64,000 nucleotides of DNA from positions 12,400,001 to 12,464,000 of the forward strand of contig OZ316776.1 of NCBI GenBank assembly GCA_973851085.1. The letters run 5' to 3'. How positions within the stretch are numbered: position 1 is the stretch's first letter; every line of letters starts with the position of its first letter. Below, piece by piece: positions 1 through 12,889 of the stretch. The DNA is from Ptychomitrium polyphyllum (taxonomy: Eukaryota). The translations under genes were made by a program, and so were the position numbers. The notes under the pieces are model-generated. The model had not been told where the DNA came from and did no database searches. It saw only the letters and a list, made by a program, of their open reading frames with translations.

Positions 1-84
1 GGCATCTACAGTTCTTTGGACTTGTGGGGCAGGGAACATCCGCGTGGAGCTTCGTAACTTATTGTACGGTATCAAATCCAACAA

Positions 85-966
85 GTGGATAAGCGTGACT
101 TAGTTGGTTTTCATCAGACTTTTGGCGTAATGGCAAGTGATCAGCGAAAGTATATGAGTAACTCGAAGTATGCGTGTGATGGAGAGCTAATTTGTTTCGT
201 TCTAGAAATGAGGATCTTGTCCAGTTCCGCAACCCGTATTGGCAATCTGGTAATGGATGATTGGAAAGCCTTGACTTGCTTGCCTTGTTTTTAGGTGAAA
301 ATTGGAAGATGATTATGGTGCAGCTTGCTATTGACGAGTATTCCAAATTGTACGAGGTGATCTTGGTGTTTGGTGATGGGATCAAAAAGGACTATGCTGC
401 ACAGTGCTACAGTTTCAAAGCAGGTGGATCAGTTTGGACTTTGGTCTAGTTTACGGAAATGGTTGTAGCCCATTTATGCATAATCAGGTGGATGTTCCTC
501 GTGTTTTCGATTGCACAACAAGGACAATCTACCCAGCTTGTTAGCCGGTCTGACTAGAAAACTCTTAAAACAACAGAGACGATGTACAGGTTTGTTGATC
601 GATCTGCTAACCCCGTAGCCGTATCTTGATGCTTCCGAGGGTGTTCATGCAAAACGATGTGCGGGTGTGACAGACCGCTTGTTTATGCTCCTTGAATCTT
701 CCTCGAATCCGCATAATCTTACAGAGCTTTGGAATCCACGATGGGCAGAGTGGGCATGGCAAAGCAACATGAGGTTCCAGGTTTCAGAGCATGCATGGCA
801 AAGCAACACATCTCACTTGAAGATCAGCAGCAGTGCATCGGAAAATATTTCATTTTGTCATAAAAACTACTCTTTTGTCAGCGGAGGGTCTATTAAGGGC
901 TGGCATTATGACCCATCTGCGAATGATTGGCATCTTCTCTCAAATATGGGAGACTTATATGAATGA
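85..966 (+). pseudogene. Degenerate F-box/kelch-like gene fragments
   Basis: Broken ORFs resemble moss F-box-associated repeats: ACDGELICF...GNLVMDDWKALTCLP (cf. GLLC..NPLTxxWxxLP), YEVILV...CYSFKAGGSVW, and WHYDPSANDWHLL. Frameshifts and stops separate the pieces. Confidence 0.4.
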
Positions 967-1102
967 TCTCAAGGATTATTCTGGTGTGAGCTGAAAAAAT
1001 CAATCACAATAAAATATGGCTCTTAGTACATGTGAACAACAATTTACAAATAAAACCTGAAATGCAGAGAATCCTTTACCTTCTTAAAATATAATAATAT
1101 GA

Positions 1103-1223
1103 CTTCGTTCGTTCATTCGTTCATTAATTCGTTCGTTCGTTCATTCGTTCATTCGTTCATTCGTTCGATGAATCATTTATTCATTCCTTCATCCATTCAT
1201 GCATCCATCCATGCATTCATTCA
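1103..1223. repeat. TTCG/TTCA/TCCA tetranucleotide microsatellite
   Basis: Direct reading: ttcgttcgttcattcgttcatt...atccattcatgcatccatcc. Confidence 0.85.
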
Positions 1224-3344
1224 AAGCATGTAAAACAGATGAATGTCAACATCAACAAAAACGAAAGAGTTCAATCCAGTGCATTTTGTTCAAGCACTAG
1301 CACTACACTAACGGCCAATAATCTCATTGTCCATTTATTATGCATTAAACCACCAGTAACAGCACCTCACCCCATGGTTCAAAAATTACCAACGGTGTGA
1401 AAAGATCTCCACCCCGTGATCCAAAGAAAATTTGCCGTGTGAACAGGCCCCACGCCGTGCTCGAAAGACAACGAAAAAAAACCGGAGAGGAATATTCGAC
1501 GTCGTCAACAGGAGCAGAATCGCCGGAAGATGCCCCAAAGAGGGGCTTTTGGGAAAACACTGCAGAGACGGCGACGGCCGTCGTCGTCGACGAAGATGTT
1601 ATCATCGACTGTAACCAGAGTCCCCGAAGTGGTGAAGAAAAGCCTCGGAAGAGCAGTGCAAAGTTGTCCTTGGCAATGGAAGTGGATAGGGAACGGAAGG
1701 AAGGAGCCAAAAGCACAAACCATGCTCGACACTCTTCCACGGTTCCCTTGCAAAGCTCATCCTCAAACCAAGCTGCAAGTTTTGAGCTTTGTGCACTCAC
1801 GATCTCGCTTTGTGCAGGTTTTTGGTGGCTGGTTTGTTTCAAAGCTCGCACCTTGGAGGCTCATGAGATAGGGTGGATGTGTGTGTGTGTGCGTGAGAGA
1901 GAGAGAGAGGGGCAGGGTGCGGTTTGTAAGAGAAGTTTGCCATGTGAAGGGTGTGGTGGTAGAGGTGGTGGTGGTGTTGCGAGGGGGATATGACAGTCGT
2001 GAGCTCATGACGGAGGTTCTGTGGCAAGGTGATTGTACGTTGTGCGTCTGCATTAAGGAGGGGGTGAGTGGTGGTGGAAGAGTGGTGGTGGAAGAGTGGT
2101 GGTGGGGTTTTGCAGTAAGGAGAGAGGCTGAGAGGGCATGGGAGCGAGGAGTGCGAGGTGGGGCTATGGGCGAGGGTGGTGGGGTGTGGGAGGTGATAGC
2201 AAGCTATAGTAGCGCGCTTCATTCCGTACCATTTTGCGTTACGATTGGTGAGTAACCCTTGTTTTAGTTCTGGCACGATTAGGATTTCCTTTTTTCAATC
2301 TCTTTGTTGGGAGATTTCAGTGCGTTTGTGGAGATGAGAGGTTGTTCTGCTCGAGGGGTCTGGGTTATCTGGGTGTATCTACGACTGATATGAAACAGGA
2401 GAAGATGGCACTTGAAAGTATCGAGTTGATTATTTGTCTGTGAGTTGCTATGCCGGAATTGGATGTGATTGGATTAGTGCCAGTGACGATTGAGTAGTTT
2501 AGGTTTGAAGTTACACGTGAAACCCTTGTACCTTACAGCCTGATGTTTTCTACCTTTGATGTTCAGCGCTAATTTTCAATGTTCTTTGTTTTGACTTTTT
2601 AAGTTTTTTTCCCTTGTCTTACCTTTCACATTTTGCCGATCTCCGGAATGCTTGAAACTGCTTTGGAAACTCTTGTAGCTTCGATTTTTACAGGCTACAG
2701 TCCTTAATCTCGTAAGGACAACGGGAGTTCATTGCCGCTGCTAGTTGAGGTTTTGCACGTTGGCGTGGATAAACTTAGCAATCAAGTTGGTTTATCGAAT
2801 TTCGAACTCAAAGAGTATCTTATTCTTGCGACTTACGTTTGTGATTCGGAATTATGTGCTCATAGTTTCAGCAGCATTTTGGCTAATTCCGTCCATCATA
2901 TCGGCCTTTCTGATTCTTCCGAACCCATATTTTTGTTTCTTTTTCTTTTCTTAAAAGACTTCGAAATCTTGGTTTAGGTTGGGTTCATGGGTGGGTTTTC
3001 TGAATTTCATTTTGCACTGGTCGGCTAGCCCCTTGTATTACTTAGACATTTTATTGTGCAATTTTGGAGCTTGATACTTCTGCATTTGAAGCAGCTTGAA
3101 GATCTTTTTGCATCATGAAACTGATCTAGATTCACGATCATGTTGCAAGTGGTTGCTTGAAGTCATGACCACTACTAAAACTTCCTTGTAGTTATCTTGT
3201 ATTTGTCCCTTGTGTGTCATTTACCGTTTCCTCGTTTTGTGATTTTAAATTGTAATTTTCTTTCCGTGACCCTTGCAGATTTGAAGGTGATGACAATTGC
3301 GTGTTTTTAGATTGTTGGCCTTGGCCGCTAACCGGAGAAGGAAA

Positions 3345-6341
3345 ATGGAGCTCAGGAGCTCGTCGTGGTTTACCTGCCAATCATTTTCAGCAGGACTTCT
3401 GAGCAGATTGGGGACCGGGAAAATGCGCAACGCTAGTATTTGTGCGAAGGAATTTTTGGGGCAAGAAGTAGCGAATAATGTAACGTTTTTCCAAGTCCGA
3501 TCTAAGGGCCCTAGAAGAAGAACCCTAGCGACACAACACAAGAAGTTGATAGGTTTCCAGCCATCATGCCTAGCCGTGGGCAGGTTCCCGAGTATCAAGT
3601 CCTTCATGCTTGTAGAATTAAGTGAAACATCACCGAGTTTGTGCCTTTGTAGTAGTGCAAGGAAAATGCCAAGCATTTCCGTATCCTGGCATTGTTTAGA
3701 CTTAGAATCTTGTAGCAGTAGTAGTTCCAATAACTTTCATAATTCCCATAGATCACGATCTTCAACCTGTGCGTCGAGGTTGCCTCCCGGCGCACGGTCA
3801 CGAGCAAGAACTGACACTCTGGAGGAGTCCAGTTTTAACACAACCGACAGTTATGGAGAGTCTCGTGCAGATTCCCCCTCTTTACCTGAAACTCTGAGAT
3901 CCTTACAACAAGCGCCGGCGGTTCCAGCAATTCCACGGCGGAAGGGCAGGCCTCCTAAGAAGTCACCTTCTACCCGTCTGTCGATTGCTGGGGATCATAA
4001 ACCGGCGACATCACCCCCTGTAGCGGGTACAAGTGAAATTTCAGGTAGTCATCAAATTAGGTCTAAACTTTTGGACGACTTACACCATCAATTAGAAAAC
4101 GAAGTTAACAGGAATGGAGGAGCTGGAAGTGATAAACCTCTGGATGGCGAAGCAGCTAGAAAAATGAAGGAACGGTTACAGGAACAGAGACGTCAGGGCA
4201 TGCAGGCCATTTCCAACACCATGAAGCAACGAGGGCAAGGAGTCGGAGGCGAGGGGGAAGCATTTTCGTATGCAGTTGACCCTGATACGTTGTCAGTGGG
4301 GGAGTATGTGGTGCATAAGCGCGTGGGAGTGGGATGCTTCATTGGCATCAAGTATGAGGTTCCGCAAGGGAAAGAAAAGCCCGTTAAGTATATCTACTTG
4401 AAATATGCCGACGGTGTAGCAAAGCTCCGTGCAAAGCAGGCGAACAAACTTTTGTACAGATACTTCTCCCCTGGAGAGGTGGGCCGTGCACCCACTCTGA
4501 GCAAGCTGAACGACACTGCACTCTGGGAGAAGAGAATGAGCAAGGGCAAGGTCGCAATCCAGAAGCTTGTGGTGAACATGATGGAGCTCTACATCCACCG
4601 CTTGAAGCAGACCAGGCCTGTGTACCCTAAGAACAAAAAGCTGATGGCATCTTTTGCAGCTAGATTCCCGTACACCGAGACAGTTGACCAGAAACAAGCG
4701 ATTCTTGATGTGGAGCGGGACTTGATAGAGAGAGAAACCCCCATGGACCGCCTCATTTGTGGTGACGTAGGGTTTGGCAAGACAGAAGTTGCGCTTCGTG
4801 CATTATTTTTAGCTGCTGCTGCAAGGAGGCAAGGCATGGTGCTGGCGCCCACTACTGTCCTGGCCAAACAACACTATGACGTAATCCGGGAACGATTTGC
4901 TGGCTATGACATGAAAGTGGCACTTCTCAGCCGTTTTCAGAAGGATATCGAGAAGAAGGAAGTGATTGCTGGTATTTCAGATGGAAGCTTGAGTATTGTG
5001 GTTGGCACGCACTCGCTCCTTGGCAGCCAAATCCGGTACCACAACCTCGGGCTTTTGGTGGTTGATGAGGAGCAGCGATTTGGCGTCCGGCAGAAAGAGA
5101 GAATCACATCGATGAAGACATCAGTCGACGTGCTGACGTTGTCTGCGACTCCAATACCTCGAACGTTGTACTTGGCTCTCAGTGGCTTCCGTGATGCAAG
5201 TCTCATCACCACTCCGCCAGCGGAGCGGCGCCCTATCATGACCCACTTGCATGAGTTCAATCCGGACATAGTAAAAAAGGCCATTGACTTCGAGCTCAAG
5301 CGTGGAGGCCAAGTGTTCTACGTGGTGCCACGAGTGAAGGGGATGGAAGACACCAAAGCCATTCTAGAATCTTACTTTCCAGACGTTGGCATTGGACTTG
5401 CCCATGGCCAGCAAAGCGCAGCGGCCCTGGAGGAGTCCATGGAGCAATTCAGCGAAGGGAAGTGCCTCATTCTACTCTGTACCAGCATTGTGGAGAGCGG
5501 ACTGGACATACGCCGCGTGAACACGATCATCATTGAAGACGTCCAGCTCTTTGGTCTGGCGCAGCTCTACCAGCTCCGGGGCCGGGTCGGTAGAGCTGAC
5601 CGCGAAGCGCACGCTTACATGTTCCACCCTTCGAAAGAGCACCTCTCTGACGATGCCCTGGAACGGCTGGTTGCGCTGGAGGATTGCTGCGGCTTAGGCC
5701 AGGGCTTCCAGCTCGCAGAGCGCGACATGGCAATCCGCGGCATTGGCAGCGTCTTTGGGGAGAAGCAAAGCGGCGATGTTGCCAAAATCGGTGTGGATCT
5801 CTACCTGGAAATGCTCTTTGAAGGTCTGTCTAAGGTTGACCACCAGAAGCTTCCGGAGGTGACGTTTCAGGAGGTCCAACTCGACATGGCAGTGAGCACT
5901 CACATCCCTGGTGACTATGTTACGAGCGCTGCATTGCGAGACAAGGTGATGCAGGATGCTGAGAAAGCAGCCAACGACAGCATGAATGCGCTAATGCACT
6001 TCACCAACCGTCTCCGGAATGATTACGGTCCGGAGCCGCCAACAGTGGAAATGCTACTGAAGACGCTGTACGTGAAACGCCTGGCTGCCGATCTTGGTAT
6101 CCACAGAATTCGCACTCGAGGTAAGACCGTCGTGATGGAAACCACTATGGAACCCGAAGCCTTTGAAATGCTGAACGCGGCCATCACTTCCACTTCTGTA
6201 CAGGACTCCCTGACTTATGAACCCGGGAAAATTGAGATGAAGGGGTTGATAGGGTTGCCTGTGGAGCGTCAACTAGAGAGAGTGTTTGGTTGCTTGGCGG
6301 AGATGCGGAATGGCCTCCCCTCTTTTGTGAAGTACATGTGA
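3345..6341 (+). CDS. MFD: Transcription-repair coupling factor (Mfd/TRCF)-like SF2 DNA translocase, probably plastid-targeted; single coding exon
   Basis: Long open frame (first ATG 3345). Ser/Arg-rich N-terminus; CarD-like RID (GEYVVHKRVGVG); MDRLICGDVGFGKTEV; VVDEEQRFGV; LSATPIPRTL; QLRGRVGR; TRG motif (AERDMAIRGIG); C-terminal TRCF domain. Likely 5'UTR intron from ~2249 (GTGAGT) to 3279 (TTGCAG). Confidence 0.95.
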   Translation: MELRSSSWFTCQSFSAGLLSRLGTGKMRNASICAKEFLGQEVANNVTFFQVRSKGPRRRTLATQHKKLIGFQPSCLAVGRFPSIKSFMLVELSETSPSLCLCSSARKMPSISVSWHCLDLESCSSSSSNNFHNSHRSRSSTCASRLPPGARSRARTDTLEESSFNTTDSYGESRADSPSLPETLRSLQQAPAVPAIPRRKGRPPKKSPSTRLSIAGDHKPATSPPVAGTSEISGSHQIRSKLLDDLHHQLENEVNRNGGAGSDKPLDGEAARKMKERLQEQRRQGMQAISNTMKQRGQGVGGEGEAFSYAVDPDTLSVGEYVVHKRVGVGCFIGIKYEVPQGKEKPVKYIYLKYADGVAKLRAKQANKLLYRYFSPGEVGRAPTLSKLNDTALWEKRMSKGKVAIQKLVVNMMELYIHRLKQTRPVYPKNKKLMASFAARFPYTETVDQKQAILDVERDLIERETPMDRLICGDVGFGKTEVALRALFLAAAARRQGMVLAPTTVLAKQHYDVIRERFAGYDMKVALLSRFQKDIEKKEVIAGISDGSLSIVVGTHSLLGSQIRYHNLGLLVVDEEQRFGVRQKERITSMKTSVDVLTLSATPIPRTLYLALSGFRDASLITTPPAERRPIMTHLHEFNPDIVKKAIDFELKRGGQVFYVVPRVKGMEDTKAILESYFPDVGIGLAHGQQSAAALEESMEQFSEGKCLILLCTSIVESGLDIRRVNTIIIEDVQLFGLAQLYQLRGRVGRADREAHAYMFHPSKEHLSDDALERLVALEDCCGLGQGFQLAERDMAIRGIGSVFGEKQSGDVAKIGVDLYLEMLFEGLSKVDHQKLPEVTFQEVQLDMAVSTHIPGDYVTSAALRDKVMQDAEKAANDSMNALMHFTNRLRNDYGPEPPTVEMLLKTLYVKRLAADLGIHRIRTRGKTVVMETTMEPEAFEMLNAAITSTSVQDSLTYEPGKIEMKGLIGLPVERQLERVFGCLAEMRNGLPSFVKYM

Positions 6342-7607
6342 AGGACCTTCAAGTTAGCATTTTTCCTTCGTGTATTTTTTAGGTCATTATCATTTTAAGT
6401 CATCATCTTATTCTTTCCCAGCACTCAACGCCTTGGGTTTCCAACGCATATCTGTTGGAAAAATAGCTTTACCTGGTCACCGGCGTCAGAGCTGGGTCGG
6501 CCTCTGTTCTCTGCAAATCGGATGTTAATTGCATCAGTCAATCAAGGTCTGCATTATCTCATAGGTTTGACAATTTTGTTTAATCTGTATACTTCCCTGA
6601 TTCCCTCCTGTTCACTTTCTATCCTTCGATCGCCACCCTCAAAGGTATCTTTCCAAAGGTATCATTTGGTTTCCTATGAATTGAGTTGAAAGAGAACTCA
6701 CTTGTTCTGTAATGTATTGGATGTAATTCATATTTTGATTTTCCACCTTATTAAGACGAGGATGAAGTGTTTGCACTCGTAAAGAATGATATGTCTTCAC
6801 TATCGGCTTTTCCAAGTCTGCAGATGAATACAAAAATGAACTGGGATTACATAGGGCTGCGTTTCGACAGGAGCTTGTATTATTTGAGCTCGTTCCAAGC
6901 TGGTGAATGTGTTGGCCGGCATGGACTTCGTGAGTTTTAGATATGATTATTTTTGGGAAAGGTAGCACATGGACTTTATTTTTTGTTTGCGGAGACTCCT
7001 GCTAATTACCTTGATTTTGCTTGACGTTGTGTGATTATGGTTCATCCTGCAAGAATTTTGGGCTCAACTGGGGGATGGAGCAAGCATTTCTCCATGCATA
7101 CCCAAAACTTCATCTGTTGATGTAGCCTAAAGTTCTGTAATTTTTTGAATGAGTTCTTCTAGTATATCATTGGCAATTTAGCAGCTGAATGAGTTTGTGC
7201 GAAAAGCATGCGACCATGACCTACAAAGGAAATCAATCTCTTTTTGCACTCTTAGCAAATTAATGCCAGACTCTCGTCACGATGCACATCCTCTTTTCCT
7301 ACTTCTATCTCTGATGAGTCACCCACCCACTAACAAGTCAATATCCCACATCTCATCGCGTCATATTCCCAATCACATCAATTGACTTGATCGAGATATC
7401 ACGTCCTGATGCATACCAGGGATGATTTGGCTCAATCCAAGCACACAAGCATACAGAGGATAAATTTGAAGCAACTGCAGAGTGTGATGCAGTAGGTAAA
7501 CACAAAGATACCATGACCTAAGGCCAAGCAAATCATTCGGATGTTCAATGTTCATGAACCATGAGTAAGTCTAAGTTACGGCAGGATCCGTGAAGTCTGA
7601 GAAGCAT

Positions 7608-7723
7608 GGGCCACTCCAAAATAGCGCACACACTAAATCATGAACGAACAGCGTGGCAAATACCGATGTCACGAATTAACGGGCCACTCCAAAATAGTGC
7701 ACACGCTAAATCATGTATAAATA
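7608..7723 (+). promoter_or_regulatory. Duplicated 35-bp promoter element plus TATA box upstream of the PLAC8 gene
   Basis: gggccactccaaaatag(c/t)gcacac(a/g)ctaaatcatg at 7608 and 7681, directly followed by TATAAATA at 7716. Confidence 0.55.
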
Positions 7724-7989
7724 GGGAGGGCGATGGCGGGGCAAGCGTTTAGGGCTCGATGGACGCTCACGTTCAAGGGAACTTCGTCTTCATCGCGACC
7801 GATCTCGTTTCGTGACCACTATGCGCGTCGTTTGCGCAATCACTCCGTGGAGCACTCTGCGGTCTTTCATGTTTCACGCCAAGGAGCGCTCTGCCGGGTT
7901 GATTTGAGCTCAATCGCAGCTGCTTTGGTGTCGATTCCAGGGAGAACAGGGGCAGGACCCAGGTTTAGGAGGAAGGAGATCGATCCAGG

Positions 7990-10341
7990 ATGTCAGCTCC
8001 GGAGGAAACGTCTGCCTCGCGCTATGTGAAGCTGAACAAGGAGCATGAGCAGCCTGTTGAGGAGATCCGGCCCGGGGAGCTCAATCAGCCGGTGTATGTG
8101 CCGCAGGTTAGTGCGATGGGTTTAGGATTGGGAATTCGTGATCCAGCTTGTTTTGTGTGTTGAAGATGCGATGGGTTTTGTTTTTTCTAGTGGGTGCGTG
8201 TAGGGGAGCGTGGTTGCACTGTGGCTCTGTGTTCGTCGCGCATGGAATTGTGCCGGATAAGATGCGAGGTTGTGTGTCGGGAGCTCGTTGTCGGTATTTT
8301 GCACCTGGGATTGTTGAACTTTATGTCTAGGTCTTGGAGAGTGGCTGTCCGTGTGTGAGAAGGCATTCAGGCGGATTTTCACTCTTGGATGTTTAACCTA
8401 GGCACTAGGTGTGGGCTTTCTTATGATCCTGAGAATAAGCACCTGCTCTTAAGCACTTCCAGGACCTTTGACTTTGACTCGGTATACGGGGCAGAGGAAG
8501 CTACTCGTAGAACATGCGGTTGGTGTGCATAGTGTAGTAAACATTATGCATTTCCGTGCTTCTTTAGTTTGTTCAAAACCTATTTAGCCAGTTTACAAAA
8601 CTGTGTGGAATTAGGTTTTCCCATGTCATATGGAAGCATCTCGTGTCATGTGAAATCCCGTCTAGGTGGTTGTTCATCGCCTTCTTGTGACAGAGCCGAT
8701 GGTTTTTCGAATAATTTGAAGTGATCGATAAATGTTTTTCTTTTTCTTTTTTCTTTTCTCGAATGGAGTTTGTCGGGATGGGACCTTATTTTGTGGCAGT
8801 GAGAAATCAGCAAGTTGATTTGTTGTGCACGGTGTTTCCAGTACATATGAACTTTTCGTGATTCTGTCGCTAGAACATGAGTTGACATCTTCAGGCTTTA
8901 CAGAGAAGACACATACCTCATTTGCGACATGTTTGGAAGCGATTACAGATGTCTGCACTTTTCTGTAGAAATTTTTATTCAAACACGATGATGATTTTCT
9001 AAGGTTTGGTGTGGTTGGGCAGTTGGTGGTGCATCGGTGCAATGAATGTGGTCAGCCACTTCCAGAGAGTTATGAACCGCCAGGCACTGAGCCTTGGACA
9101 ACGGGGATTTTCGGATGTGGGGATGACATGGACTCTTGTACGACACCTTCTCCTCACTTAGATATGAAATTTTCTTTTGTGGTTTGATTGGATTAAGAGT
9201 TTTAAACTTCAGGGATGCACTGCCTTTCGTTGTGGCTTTGATTTTTATATCCTTGTCAATGTGTAGTGCTGCCTTTGATCACAGTAATACCAACAATAGG
9301 GAACCAATAAGAGCCAGTCTTAATAGCACGCAGTTTTCAGCTCTATGTTTATCTTGGAACACTGTAGTTTGTTTCATTCGAACATGGAGTGAAAGTGAAT
9401 TATGTGCAGGCAAGACTGGTTTTTTCTGTCCGTGTGTCCTGTTCGGACGGAACGTGGAGAACTTGAAGGACGAAATTCCGTGGACCACTCCTTGTATATG
9501 TCATGGCGTATGTGTGGAGGGTGGTATTGCCCTTGGAGCTGCCACAGTAGCATTTCACGGAATAGATCCCAGTACGGCCTTCCTTGTAGCGGAGGGCTTG
9601 TTATTTGCATGGTGGATGTGCGGCATTTACACGGGCCTCTTTCGGCAAGAGTTACAAAAGAAATATCATCTTCAGGTGCAAATCCTCACAGAATTCTTAG
9701 TGTTGATTTGCTGTGTATTAAGCAGCTGTTTAACATAATTAGCTTTGTGGGAGGATGTTTGCTAGTCGATTGACTGAGAAGAATGTTGGGATCTAGTGTG
9801 CTAACTTCTGGTTAGATTGGTTGAGGACTGCTAACCTATCGTGACTAATTATGGCTTGTGATTAACTAGTTCTTACCAGTGTATTCTTATACTTCTTTTT
9901 CGAATTTTAAAACTTGGGTATTTTGGTCTCTGCTGGAACACTTGCCGAGAAAGTCTAAGTTGATACATTAGTATGTCTCATCATTCATTACAGAATCTGT
10001 TATCAGACAAACAGCTATTCGGCCCTCTCCGATGTATATCTTTATAAATACTTGCAACACACTTGGTCGGAGTTTACAAGCTTAACTTCTGCAATGGATG
10101 ATGGAGTATGTAACTCAGATTTTCTGTGTCTCCGCAGAACTCTCCATGTGACCCCTGCATGGTCCATTGCTGTTTGCATTGGTGTGCAATATGCCAGGAG
10201 CACCGTGAGATGCAGGGGCGCCTTTCTGACAATGTTGTAATGCCCATGACCGTTATCAATGCTCCACCCCACCAAGAGATGAATGCTAATGAATCAGCAA
10301 CAGTGAGCCATAAAGAGCATGCTGAGATTCAGGTATCCTAA
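7990..10341 (+). CDS. PLAC8-family / cell number regulator (CNR6-like) protein; exons 7990-8106, 9023-9137, 9410-9675, 10138-10341
   Basis: GT-AG exons join in frame: SRYVKLNKE..EEIRPGELNQPVYVPQ|LVVHRCNECGQPLPESYEPP..WTTGIFGC..|FFCPCVLFGRNVE..LQKKYHLQ|NSPCDPCMVHCCLHWCAICQEHREM. Confidence 0.93.
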
Positions 10342-12889
10342 ACTTCAAGAATGTCCCAATTGCGACGTTTTCTATTCACCTTTGTGATCTAGTTCTCAGT
10401 GCTTTAGTGATTTTGGCTTTCGTTTTAGGAATCAGGTAGAATGAGAGTTCCAGTCTTTCAGGAGGCTTCTCAGCTGTGATCATCTCAAGAACGATTAATT
10501 CCCTGTTCTATTCTATGAAGGAGTAGGTGTACCAAGCCTTGCCGATATTCCCCATATTTTCTGATACGGTAGTTGGTCCTTTTGAACATCGCCCCTACAG
10601 TTTCAGTGGGTGTTGAAGTCCTTGTTCTTGGACATCCAGATATTGGTGTGCACACGACTTTGGATCACAAACTTCTGACTCTATCTTTAGCCAACAATAT
10701 GGTGTTATGTGTGATGACTTCATTTCTATTGATTTAGTTTTTTTGTCCAAGTTACATGTTTGTTGTTTAATTGAGATATAGGTAGGAAGTGACAAACAGT
10801 TGTGTTTGTAAATGGCCCCTACTGCACACCAGCATGCTTAAAGTACTGAGATGAGATGATGACTGTTCAAGAAATAATACCGGTAAGTCAATCTGGATGT
10901 ATGCACTGTTATGTACCCGTCGTCCCATCTAGCACTCGTGTATTGTGTATGTGATGCCCATTACTGTGATCTCGTCACCATCACAGTGGCGACACATGTT
11001 TGCTTACAAGAGAATAGTTCTACCCTGTGAAATTTAAGGTTTGTTACAGAGAAGTAATTAAGTAGAATGTAACGCCATTGGTGTCTGAGAAGATGCAAAA
11101 CACACTTTTGTGCATGTCATGGTTTAAGGTGGAAGCATCCATCCTCACAGTTTGCTTTTCATACTTCCACTTACAGAATACTAACGGCATGAACTTTTTT
11201 TTAACCTTTTTGAAATGAATTTATTTATTGAAGCAAATATTACATGACTTTTCAATGACTATGAAAAATAATATATGGAAAAAGGAGCCTTTCAAATTTT
11301 TGACTAACATTGCTCCTTTATTTGCTAGTGAGTTTTAAATCTTCAATTCCTCAATATTTGTTGATTACTACATTCTCAATATCCATTTTCATACTATTAA
11401 CATCCTTGTAAATTCTAATGATAGTACAAATTGTTGGAATCAAAGTTGGCAAAATTAATTTTTTTCATATTTGAATATAATTTTACTGTTTCTAATTATA
11501 TTTGACATCTTTGAAGCTTGATAATATTTAAATCAACATAAAAGTTTAAAATATATATGGATTTTAATAGGAATATATGTTATAGATTGGAATATAGGAA
11601 CTTAGATAACCTTGTTTAAGACTTTAAATTTTTTATTATAAGGTATAATCCTCCAATTGTGCCTTTGATCCAATTTTTCTCTCAATAAATTGACTAGGAA
11701 TGAAACACAATAAAATTAAAATTGAATCAAATTATAATCAATGACTTCCAATACAATATTCCATGAAGCATTGATTGTTTTTTTGCTCTAATTCAAAATA
11801 AAGCTTCTTTTTCATTTAACAAGTTGTCATGCAAAATTCATTTTTTTAATACTTCTATTTAAAATCTTCATATTCCATACTAATATAACTTATGTCCCCA
11901 ACACAAAAAATCCTAAAAGTTTCATTAAAAAATAAATAACATACTCAACTTTTATTAAAAATATGTGATTTTACTTGCCTTACACCACATTTCCATTTGC
12001 TAATTCCAAAAATTAGATTTAACATACATCCTGGATTAAAATGGAACTAATTATCTTCAATCTCCCAATTTAAGAGGCTACATCTATTCCCAATAGGATT
12101 ATTTTTGAAGGAATAATTTCAATAAAAAGAGACAAGATTTCACAATAAGCACAAATTTTCTTACAACTTTATTCCAAGTATTCCAAGTGGGGGGATCGAC
12201 ATAAATTTCCAAAGCCAAAAGTATTTCAACACTCAACACTCCCATGCACGTCATCCAGTATCTAAAATAAGTAACTTCAATTTTTGCTCATGACACTATT
12301 TTCAACCACCACTGACTTCCTTCCAATACCACAACACTTGCCATGCCTTTGGTTGATTTGCTCCCTTGCAAATACCGAATTGGATCGCGCAATTAGGAAC
12401 TCCGGGAATACTCTATAAACACAAATCAGTGGCAGGTGGCGGCTTTCGATTGGCCTACTCTAACCACAGTAAAAAGATAGCTCCACGTTCGTTCGTCCAT
12501 CGGCTCCACGTCCATTCGTCCGTCCGTCAGCTCCACGTTCGTTCGTCTTCGGTTCCACGTTCGCCGGTTCCTAATTCGTCACTGGAATTTACAGGTGTCG
12601 GTAGAATTTGGTGAATGGGGAGGAGAAAACCCTAGTGGTGGCAGGGCTTGCGGAAGCAGTGATGGTGTGGGAGGCCAAAGTGACGTGGACAAGCAGTGCA
12701 CAGCAGCCAAGCTGAGTCGCACAGCAGATGGACAGGCAGTGCACGAACGCAGCTCAGAGCGTTACGTTTTAGGCGGACGCGGAGTGTAACTGATCCTGAG
12801 AGGCACAGTACTTTGCTAGTGATCCGGTCGTTTTAGGCGAACGCGGTGGTGTGTTCCGCTTGATCGTTGGAGGACAGGCGAATGCAGCC

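Noticed and set aside
1345..2276. Overlapping 100-200 aa ORFs on both strands
   Set aside because: No recognisable domain; GA/GT/GGT-repeat-rich sequence that fits the promoter and 5'UTR of the Mfd gene
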